In this document: one piece after another, positions 10,928-18,546 of the stretch
How the letters are laid out: every line of letters starts with the position of its first letter
Position numbering within the stretch: the stretch's first letter is position 1
Origin: Roseibacillus sp.
GTDB taxonomy: Bacteria > Verrucomicrobiota > Verrucomicrobiia > Verrucomicrobiales > Akkermansiaceae
Assembly: GCA_051251855.1 (NCBI GenBank)
Contig: JBPOGI010000007.1
Coordinates: forward strand, 264,984-328,983
Length of the DNA stretch: 64,000 nucleotides
Reading direction: 5' to 3'
Program-made: the position numbers and the translations under genes
Notes under the pieces: generated by a model
Told to the model about the DNA's origin: nothing
The model's database searches: none
What the model saw: the letters and a program-made list of their open reading frames with translations, nothing else

Positions 10928-10966
10928 GAACATCGGTTCGGAAGAACAATAGCGTTTTTATGAACA
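10928..10966. promoter_or_regulatory. Tandem LexA (SOS) boxes
   Basis: GGTTC-GGAA-GAACA (10935-10948) and CGTTT-TTAT-GAACA (10953-10966) match the Verrucomicrobia consensus TGTTC-N4-GAACA with 1-2 mismatches, immediately upstream of lexA. Confidence 0.75.
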
Positions 10967-11012
10967 GTCGCAAGAATTTTGTTTGTTCGTCTTCTTTTGA
11001 CACCTAACTCAC

Positions 11013-11942
11013 CTACTCGATCACATAGAATCGCGAATCAGTAGCAGCCTTCTTCAGCTCACCACGACGAAATTTAGAACCGCGTATGAAGGCCGGAACC
11101 TCTCCCGTTGTTCGAAAGCAGAACTTCTTCGGCAGCGAGGTGTAGAGCGACCGAGGCGGAAAGCTCTCGGTGATTCCCTTGAGACGACAGCCGAGCTCGA
11201 AGGTGTGATAGAACACACGGCGTATCCCAATCTCTTCGAAAAGAAATTCTAACGCCGCCATCATCATCGCCTCTTCCCACATCGCTTCATGGTGCCTCAT
11301 TTCTTCTTCCCAAAAGCGCTTCACTTCTCGGGGATCAAGCCGATAACCATACCAATGGATTTGGCCACAGCCCTTGCAAACATTTTCCCTCATCAGCGAC
11401 CTCACATCACGTAACCGATCTGTTTGAATCTCCTCAATGAGCGCTTCTCGGCTTTCCAAATCAAAGTCCAATCGCGCCCAAGCCAAGGTAGCATTACGGC
11501 CCTCTCGAGCGGGGTGACAACCGAAGTGAAACGGGTCGTAACCCTTGTCGCCTAGCATGCGCACCATCATTTCATGGTGACGCCCAGTGAGATTCAACTG
11601 GAGCACCAGACTCTTTCCCGGGCGGGTTGTTTGCCGCCAATCCCAGTCATCATCATCGTCCCCCCACTCATCGAGAGAAAGGCGGTAGGTCTGTTGCCCC
11701 TCGCGACAGGCCCCGAACTGAGGCCCGAACCATTGCGCGGAACTTCCCTTTGCCATTGCCTCTCTGACCACTGGCTTCTGAAGAAGATTTCCGAAGGAGC
11801 TCTTCCGCAGTTCCTCCAAAGTGGCATGGCTCTGCGCCGCCCGACTCAGAAGCCGGAAGGCATAATCATCTTTCGTATACCGGAAGAGGGTACGCCCCTT
11901 CGGTAAGCACGCGATCACCTCGCGTAATTCACTTGTTTTCAT
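11013..11942 (-). CDS. Conserved-looking hypothetical protein (EEIQTD motif)
   Basis: Long ORF with globular composition: TLAWARLDFD...ALIEEIQTD, PPRSLYTSLPKKFCF. ATG 11942. Confidence 0.75.
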   Translation of the reverse strand: MKTSELREVIACLPKGRTLFRYTKDDYAFRLLSRAAQSHATLEELRKSSFGNLLQKPVVREAMAKGSSAQWFGPQFGACREGQQTYRLSLDEWGDDDDDWDWRQTTRPGKSLVLQLNLTGRHHEMMVRMLGDKGYDPFHFGCHPAREGRNATLAWARLDFDLESREALIEEIQTDRLRDVRSLMRENVCKGCGQIHWYGYRLDPREVKRFWEEEMRHHEAMWEEAMMMAALEFLFEEIGIRRVFYHTFELGCRLKGITESFPPRSLYTSLPKKFCFRTTGEVPAFIRGSKFRRGELKKAATDSRFYVIE

Positions 11943-12173
11943 TCCTGAAGAGAGAGTTCTCAAGGCGACTCTCCGATAGCCCTTATTTCAAAGCAGAAGA
12001 CGACACCTCTCAGGTGGTCGAGCTTCCCTCCAGTCACCCAGAATTCGGGGCTGGCATCATGGGGTTGTTCGGCAGCGGGATAAACACCCGAAGCCGAATC
12101 CAATCAGGAATGATGATTGCTGCGCATAACGGAGGGGACTCTCTCCAAAATTACTTTCTCCACAAGAAAAAAA

Positions 12174-12926
12174 TCACCGCCGCAAGATCCAATCTCCGAA
12201 GCGACGAATACCATCGCCCGCTCCCTCGACCCAGCGCGAGCCCGTTTCTCCTCCTCGTCCTGTGCCTCGCATCACGCTCCCAGTCCGTCCCACTGTTCGC
12301 TCCCCTCCTTTGGTCAAAAGACCGAATCCTTTCCCAAGGACCCACCCCGTTCCCTGAACCACATAGCCAGAGCCCTTCACCAGATATCCTGAACCCGTTC
12401 GCAGCGCCCCTCCTACCCGACGAAGGTTTGAGACCTCTTGCTGCTGTTGAGCAGTCAATGGTTGCCCCGACCACTCGGCTGAGCGTTCGGTATGATACGC
12501 CATCGCCTCCATCGAGGCTCCAGCCGCTTGTTCGTCCTTTTGAGTCAAATACTGGTCCGCCTGACTTCGACGAACGTTCGCCATCGCACTGTGACTCCCG
12601 GCAAAAGTCTTCTCGAACTCTTTTTCACTCACCGAGCTGCCAGACTTTACCCGACTGGCCAAACCTTGAATGCCCGACGGGTTCCCTCCCTGCTTTCGAA
12701 GAGTCGTAGCTGCCTTGTCGAGATAGCGCCCTGCTCCTGACTTATCCCCCCGCTGATAGCGCGACCAAGCCGCCACAAAGTCGACATCAACCTTCTGAGC
12801 CGCGAATGCTACATTGGCTCCTCCGCCACCTCCCACTGGAGAGCCTGCTGTGCTCCCAACTCCACCACAACTGGTCAAGCAACACAGCCCAATCGTCGCA
12901 GTCAAAAGAATGTAGAGTAGTTTCAC
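12174..12926 (-). CDS. Gly-rich lipoprotein
   Basis: Signal peptide with lipobox LTSC, helical core and C-terminal glycine-zipper-like repeats. Confidence 0.7.
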   Translation of the reverse strand: MKLLYILLTATIGLCCLTSCGGVGSTAGSPVGGGGGANVAFAAQKVDVDFVAAWSRYQRGDKSGAGRYLDKAATTLRKQGGNPSGIQGLASRVKSGSSVSEKEFEKTFAGSHSAMANVRRSQADQYLTQKDEQAAGASMEAMAYHTERSAEWSGQPLTAQQQQEVSNLRRVGGALRTGSGYLVKGSGYVVQGTGWVLGKGFGLLTKGGERTVGRTGSVMRGTGRGGETGSRWVEGAGDGIRRFGDWILRR

Positions 12927-13066
12927 TTCTCTAATTAACTCCCCTAAGCCCCGAAAAATTCAATCCCTGAGCGAATCATCGGTTAATTTATCACGTTCGC
13001 ATCAAACAGGCCCCTTCTTGCCAAACGAATGAGAAGCCCTTAAAGAAGGACCTTTCCTCAACTGCC

Positions 13067-13777
13067 GTGAAACCACAAATCATCCTAGCTGAAACGACGA
13101 CCCCCGAGGGCGAACCTCTCACCCTCGTAAGTCACGACGGCCATTACCACCTGCAATCGCATGGCGAAAAGCTGATGACCACCTTCTCTCATGGCTCCGA
13201 AGAAGAGCTCGCACATCTCGGCTGCGCGCCCTCACGCCCCGCCCGCCAGCCGGTCATTCTCATTGGCGGACTCGGCTTCGGCTACACCTTGGCAGCGGCT
13301 ACCCAGGCCCTTCCTCAAAAAGGAGCCAAATTCGTGGTCGCCGAGCAGACCTCGGCCATCGTGGAGTGGAATCAAACCCACCTTCGCGAGCTTCATCCTC
13401 AACTTTGGGACGACGACCGCATTCTCGTCGAACGCCTCCCTGTACAAAACCTCATTCGAGAAAACGAAGAAACCTTCTCCGCCATCTTGCTCGACGTTGA
13501 TAACGGTCCTTGGGCCTTTCAAGACGAAGCCAACAAGGCCCTCTACTCCCTGGACGGCCTTCATGCCGCCAAACAAGCGCTCAAGAACGGTGGAATCCTC
13601 GCCATCTGGTCCGTTCGCCACGACAAATCCTTCGAAAAGACCCTCCTCAAGGCAGGCTTCGAAGTCACCTGCGAGAAAGTCCCCGCCACAAAAAAAGGAA
13701 AACAGAATCGCTTCCACACCATCTGGCTCGCCAAAAAAGGAGACTACCAGTCGCAGAATCGCTCTCGCCCTCGCTAA
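13067..13777 (+). CDS. Spermidine synthase-like class I SAM-dependent transferase
   Basis: ILIGGLGFGYTL, AILLDVDNGP, LKNGGILAIWS. Confidence 0.85.
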   Translation: MKPQIILAETTTPEGEPLTLVSHDGHYHLQSHGEKLMTTFSHGSEEELAHLGCAPSRPARQPVILIGGLGFGYTLAAATQALPQKGAKFVVAEQTSAIVEWNQTHLRELHPQLWDDDRILVERLPVQNLIRENEETFSAILLDVDNGPWAFQDEANKALYSLDGLHAAKQALKNGGILAIWSVRHDKSFEKTLLKAGFEVTCEKVPATKKGKQNRFHTIWLAKKGDYQSQNRSRPR

Positions 13778-13834
13778 CAATCCTTCGCGACGGCTTACTT
13801 CACATTCCTTTCTTTCCAGACATCTCCCTTTCAC

Positions 13835-15457
13835 ATGAGACTTCTTTTCCTTGGCCTCTTCTTCCTGCCGATCTCCCTCGGTGCCGCCGAGCCACCAAAC
13901 ATCATTTTCCTTCTCACCGACGATCACCGTCAAGAAGACCTCGGCTGCTACGGAAACAAAATCGTCCAGACTCCGCACATCGACGAGATGGCCAGCGAAG
14001 GCGTCCTCTTTGAAAACGCCAGCATCACCTCCGCGATTTGCACCCCTTCCCGCATCACCTACTTCCTCGGCCAATACGAACGCCGCCACGGAGTGAACTT
14101 CAACTCAGGAACCGCCGTCTCTCAGTCTGCCTGGGCACACAGCTACCCCGTCATTCTTCGCGAGAACGGCTACTTCACCGGCTACGTCGGCAAAAATCAC
14201 GCTCCTATTGGCGCAAAGGGCTACGAGACCGGCATCATGGAAGCCTCATTCGATTACTGGTACGCCGGTCACGGACACATCCGCTTCTACCCCAAGCAGC
14301 ACCACGAAATTTTCAAGCACGCCAAAAACAACACTCAGGTCGAAGTCGTCCAAGAGAGCATCTCGGAGTTCCTCGGTGCCGAAGAACCCTCCTACCTCGG
14401 CGGAGCGCAACAATTCCTCGCCACTCGTCCCGACGACCAACCCTTCTGCCTCTCGATCTGCCTCAACGTACCCCATGGCGCGGGAACGAGTACCATGAAG
14501 ATGCTCCCCGAGGACGACGAACTCTACCGCAGCACCTACCGCGACCAAATCGAAACCCTCCCTCTCCCCACAAACTATCTCGAGCGCTCTCAAATCGAAG
14601 CCCCCAAGCTTCCCGCCGAAGTCTTGCACACCGACTACCGCCAGACCGGTTATGACTGGGTCGATACCCCCGCAACTGTTCGTGAGCGCCGCATCCGCCA
14701 CTACCAAACCATCACCGGCATCGACCGCATGGTGGGCAAGATTCGCACCCAACTGAAAGAACAGGGCCTCGCAGACAACACCGTCTTCATCTTCACATCC
14801 GATCACGGCCTCTTTTCAGGTGAGCACGGACTGGGTGGAAAAGCGCTCAACTACGAAACCTGCCTCGCCGTCCCCCACATCATCTTCGACCCTCGACTGC
14901 CAGTCGAAAAACGCGGACAACGCCGCAAAGAACTGGTGCAGTCCATCGACCTCGGTCCCACCGTTCTCGACCTCGCCGAACTTCCCGCCTCACCTCACAT
15001 GCAAGGCCAGTCCTACCTCCCCCTCCTCAGCGAAGAGACGCCGAAATGGCGCACCCACGCCTTCGCCGAAAACCTCTGGTCCACCTACTTTGGCAACCCC
15101 CGCGTCGAGTCCGTCCGTACCGAGCGCTGGAAGTACATCCGCTACTTCAAAAACGATCGCGAACAATGGAAGCACCTCGAGGACGCCAAAGGGGTGCGCC
15201 TCTATCAGATCACGAAAGCACAAAGAAAACTCTACTCCCACTGGCGCACCGCCTCCATCAAAGGCGAAGAACCGGTCTACGAAGAACTCTACGATCTCCA
15301 AACCGATCCCCACGAAACCACCAACCTCGCCTCCTCGCCCGAACACCAAGAACGTCTCACCACATTGAGCAAACAATGCCAACGGCTGGTCACACAAGCC
15401 TACGGCAAAGACCCCATCCCCGCCGTCCCACTTCCCTCAGACGCCAAAGCTCGCTAA
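13835..15457 (+). CDS. Exported sulfatase (Cys-type formylglycine)
   Basis: Signal peptide, PNIIFLLTDD, ICTPSR, YVGKNH, FTSDHG, ELYDLQTDPHE. Confidence 0.94.
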   Translation: MRLLFLGLFFLPISLGAAEPPNIIFLLTDDHRQEDLGCYGNKIVQTPHIDEMASEGVLFENASITSAICTPSRITYFLGQYERRHGVNFNSGTAVSQSAWAHSYPVILRENGYFTGYVGKNHAPIGAKGYETGIMEASFDYWYAGHGHIRFYPKQHHEIFKHAKNNTQVEVVQESISEFLGAEEPSYLGGAQQFLATRPDDQPFCLSICLNVPHGAGTSTMKMLPEDDELYRSTYRDQIETLPLPTNYLERSQIEAPKLPAEVLHTDYRQTGYDWVDTPATVRERRIRHYQTITGIDRMVGKIRTQLKEQGLADNTVFIFTSDHGLFSGEHGLGGKALNYETCLAVPHIIFDPRLPVEKRGQRRKELVQSIDLGPTVLDLAELPASPHMQGQSYLPLLSEETPKWRTHAFAENLWSTYFGNPRVESVRTERWKYIRYFKNDREQWKHLEDAKGVRLYQITKAQRKLYSHWRTASIKGEEPVYEELYDLQTDPHETTNLASSPEHQERLTTLSKQCQRLVTQAYGKDPIPAVPLPSDAKAR

Positions 15458-15675
15458 GAAAATTCGTCTTAAGGGAATTATCGCCCTTTCAAACCGAAAA
15501 AAGCTCTCCTTGAGCTCACTTTTTCTGCATAAAGCCCTAAGCGAGGAACATTACCTGCCTGAGCCTCTCCTATAGTCTACATTTTCCAATGATGGACTAC
15601 CTAGACGGGAATTAGAGCTCTCCATAGCAAACTCAACCTCAAATGCCATCGGGCGTTCCAAAACCAAATCCACTC

Positions 15676-16521
15676 ATGAAATCATTAAAAATCCAGTTGG
15701 CTCTCGCCGGCCTCGCTGCTGTCGCCGCTTCAGCAGCCACTTATACGACAAGCTTCGACACCCCGACTTTCTCCAGCGGAGGCCTTGATGGTCAAGATGG
15801 ATGGGTCACTCAAGCCCAATGGGAAGCTGACGGCGCTGGCAATGCCACCAATACCAACAACACTCACGCTACTTCTACCAATGTAGGCGCCTTTATTCGT
15901 GCTCACAACACTGGCGTCCTTGGAACTACCGACATTGGCGAAGAAATGAGTATCACCTCGAGCATCATCCTCGGCGCATTCTCAAGTCCTTCGACCGATA
16001 TTGCCTCATTCGAAGAAGGCATTTTCCAACAAGGAATGTCCCATCAGCAAGGCAATGCTGGATTCTCCTATGGCATCGCAACAGGACTCTTCTACCAAGT
16101 GAGCTCCGGCAATCTTCTTCTTCGTCAAAACCAGGGCCTCAACGAAGTAGGCGTTTCGTCTTTGAGCTTGGGAGCAGCATCCGGCTTTGGAGGTTCCAGC
16201 TTAACCCTCACTACCGTTTACACCAAGACTGCTGCTGACACCTGGTCCGTAGTAGCATCGGTCTCCGGCGCAGCTACTGGCTCCATCAGTTACACCGCCA
16301 ATGGGCAAGACGCTAATTTGGATGCTGATACCGGAGGAGGAGGCATCATCGGAGGGGTTCAAGCACTTCCCTCTGGCGGAGGCTCTCCAGGCGTGGCAAC
16401 CCCACCATTTGGAACGACGACTTTGACCGACTACACCATCACCGTCACCCCCGTTCCTGAGCCCTCCTCGCTCTTTCTTTTGGGCTTAAGCGGATTCGCT
16501 CTTCTGCTTCGCCGACGCTAG
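15676..16521 (+). CDS. PEP-CTERM sorting domain protein
   Basis: Signal peptide from ATG 15676, G/S/T-rich body, C-terminal VPEPSS-TM-RRR. Confidence 0.93.
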   Translation: MKSLKIQLALAGLAAVAASAATYTTSFDTPTFSSGGLDGQDGWVTQAQWEADGAGNATNTNNTHATSTNVGAFIRAHNTGVLGTTDIGEEMSITSSIILGAFSSPSTDIASFEEGIFQQGMSHQQGNAGFSYGIATGLFYQVSSGNLLLRQNQGLNEVGVSSLSLGAASGFGGSSLTLTTVYTKTAADTWSVVASVSGAATGSISYTANGQDANLDADTGGGGIIGGVQALPSGGGSPGVATPPFGTTTLTDYTITVTPVPEPSSLFLLGLSGFALLLRRR

Positions 16522-16549
16522 ACCGTAGAACACTCTCATAGAATTTTAG

Positions 16550-16579
16550 GGCCGATCTGAAGAAGATCGGCCTTTTTTT
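16550..16579 (+). terminator. Intrinsic terminator
   Basis: GGCCGATCT-GAAGA-AGATCGGCC-TTTTTTT. Confidence 0.85.
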
Positions 16580-16599
16580 GTTCGCGAACACGGCTGCGA

Positions 16600-17020
16600 C
16601 CAAAATGGCGCACCCACGCCTTTGCCGAAAATCTGTGGTCGACGTTCATTGGCAATCCTCGAATCGAATCCGTCCGCTCCCAGCGATGAAAATACATCCG
16701 GTATTTCGAAAACGACCGCCAGAACTGGTCACACCTCGAAGATGCCAAAGGAGAATCCGCCCCGATCAGGTCACCGACGAGCAACGGAAACTCTCCACCC
16801 ACTGGCTCACCGCATCCATCGCAGGAGAGTCACCGGTCTAGGAAGAACTCTTTGACCTTGAAAACGATCCCCGTGAAACCACCAATCTCATTGCAAATTC
16901 CAAACATCAGAAACTCCTGTCTGAGCTGCGCCAACACTGCCAGTAACTGGTCACCGAAGCCCGCGGCCCGCTCGACGCACCCCAATCAGTCCCCCTCCCA
17001 ATCTCAGCGAAGCCGAGATA
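16600..17020 (+). pseudogene. Decayed 3' fragment of a paralogue of the 13835-15457 sulfatase
   Basis: Translates PKWRTHAFAENLWSTFIGNPRIESVRSQR*KYIRYF, versus PKWRTHAFAENLWSTYFGNPRVESVRTERWKYIRYF in the intact gene. Stops at 16687, 16839 and 16944, plus a frameshift near 16760. Confidence 0.92.
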
Positions 17021-17146
17021 GTTTGAAGTCATTGATTTTCTAATTGTTAAAACCATTGAAATTTTGTGCGATTTTTTTTCACATTTTCTTTCACGACGAC
17101 ATTATCCCATTAGAACTCGGTAGACGTCGAGTTATACACTAAACAA

Positions 17147-17872
17147 ATGAAAACTCTAAAACTACCCATACTTTTTGCTGTTGGGATGGCTTCTAGCCTC
17201 TCAGTGAATGCAGCTGTCGTTACCATTGAAAACATAGAGTCTCGAGCTGCTGGTCCTGGCGCTGCAGATGTTGCTATCACGACTACCGGTGGCACGTTTG
17301 GAACCAGTCACGCGAATGCTCCATGGACGGTGAACCTCACCGTTTCCAATCAGAATCTCGATGGAGACGGAAACTTTGATGATTCTTTCACTTTCAATCT
17401 CATAGCATCGACTACTAACGCCAATGGAGTTTCAGTCTGGGGTCAAGGAATCAACAATTCCAATGCGACTGGCACCGACACTTCATTTGGTAATATTGAT
17501 GGGCTCTCTTTCACGGTCGGCAACGTCGTCGGAACAACTACGCTTGGCGAGACCGTTGTGTTTGATGGTTTCACGGGCGCTACTTTTGCGTCTGGTGGAG
17601 GTGCAGCTATTGACCGCTCCATAGATGCTGGCGGTGTTACTTTCTCTAATGTGGCAGCTGATATGGGTGGATTCCAATTCGTCCAAGATAATCAGGACTT
17701 CGCTTCGGCGTTTCCCACACTGACCTTCTCTAATCCGGGTGGTGCTGGTCCGGGTACTGCGATAGCCCGTCAACTCGACCTACAGTTCAGCACGGTTCCT
17801 GTTCCTGAGCCGAGCTCTGCAGTCCTAGGTCTCCTTGGACTGCTTGGTTTTGTCTCACGACGTCGCCGATAG
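17147..17872 (+). CDS. PEP-CTERM sorting domain protein
   Basis: Signal peptide (SVNA), beta-rich body, VPEPSS-TM-RRRR. Confidence 0.93.
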   Translation: MKTLKLPILFAVGMASSLSVNAAVVTIENIESRAAGPGAADVAITTTGGTFGTSHANAPWTVNLTVSNQNLDGDGNFDDSFTFNLIASTTNANGVSVWGQGINNSNATGTDTSFGNIDGLSFTVGNVVGTTTLGETVVFDGFTGATFASGGGAAIDRSIDAGGVTFSNVAADMGGFQFVQDNQDFASAFPTLTFSNPGGAGPGTAIARQLDLQFSTVPVPEPSSAVLGLLGLLGFVSRRRR

Positions 17873-17900
17873 AGTTTTACCTTTCCTCAAATTTTCTTTG

Positions 17901-17930
17901 AAAAAGCGGTTCGGACGAACCGCTTTTTTT
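17901..17930 (+). terminator. Intrinsic (possibly bidirectional) terminator
   Basis: AAAAAGCGGTTCG-GA-CGAACCGCTTTTTTT. Confidence 0.85.
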
Positions 17931-18014
17931 GTCGGTTATTTGAGAGTTTGAAATTTTATCTTGTCCTTCACCAGCCTTTCACAATGAGCTAAAAAAGGAA
18001 GTCTATCAGCACTT

Positions 18015-18342
18015 GAAGGAGCCTTTGAGGAGAAGAGTTTCATCGCTCTCCCGGGTGCCATTGCAAACGAGGTCGCCGACATCAATGGTGATGAAAAACC
18101 AGACCTCGCTGCCATTGCCAACTTCGTGGAAGTGGACCATTTCAATTCACTCCCGAGCGGCTTCCACTCGATGTCCAAGCTCCCTACATCTCCCTTCTCG
18201 CTGCCGATCTCGATCGGGACGGCGATCAAGATTTGATTCTCGGATGCTCTCTCAAGTCGTTCCCTTCGATGAAGAAAAATGCGCGACTCGGGCCATCAAT
18301 CCACAATTCTCGATCACTCTGCTCAAAAATCGCACCCAATAA
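18015..18342 (+). pseudogene. 3' remnant of an FG-GAP/VCBS-repeat protein
   Basis: Pieces in three frames: VADINGDEKPDLAAIA / AADLDRDGDQDLILG / FSITLLKNRTQ*. No start or 5' part. Confidence 0.75.
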
Positions 18343-18546
18343 CCTCAGTTTTCCTGCTCATCCCAGTCTTACCTCAATCTCAACATTCTACAGACACAGT
18401 CCCTTCATTTTTATTGCAAACACTCTTATTGTAAATACATTGCCATGTTTGGGAATGATTGTGACAACTCCAAAAGAGCTGACTTCCAAAGGATGTCAGC
18501 ACTTCCCCGACCAGCACTCATCCTCTCAACCACCGCGAACCTAAGA

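Noticed and set aside
10923..11003. 27-aa N-terminal extension of LexA in the ORF track
   Set aside because: The region is the operator/promoter. ATG 10922 gives a normal-length LexA.
16579..16590. TGTTC-GC-GAACA as an SOS box
   Set aside because: The spacer is 2 nt rather than 4, and it abuts a terminator and a pseudogene.
16687..16946. In-frame TGA/TAG/TAA in the sulfatase fragment as recoding (Sec/Pyl or alternative code)
   Set aside because: All three stop types occur together with a frameshift and a missing 5' end, so simple decay explains it.
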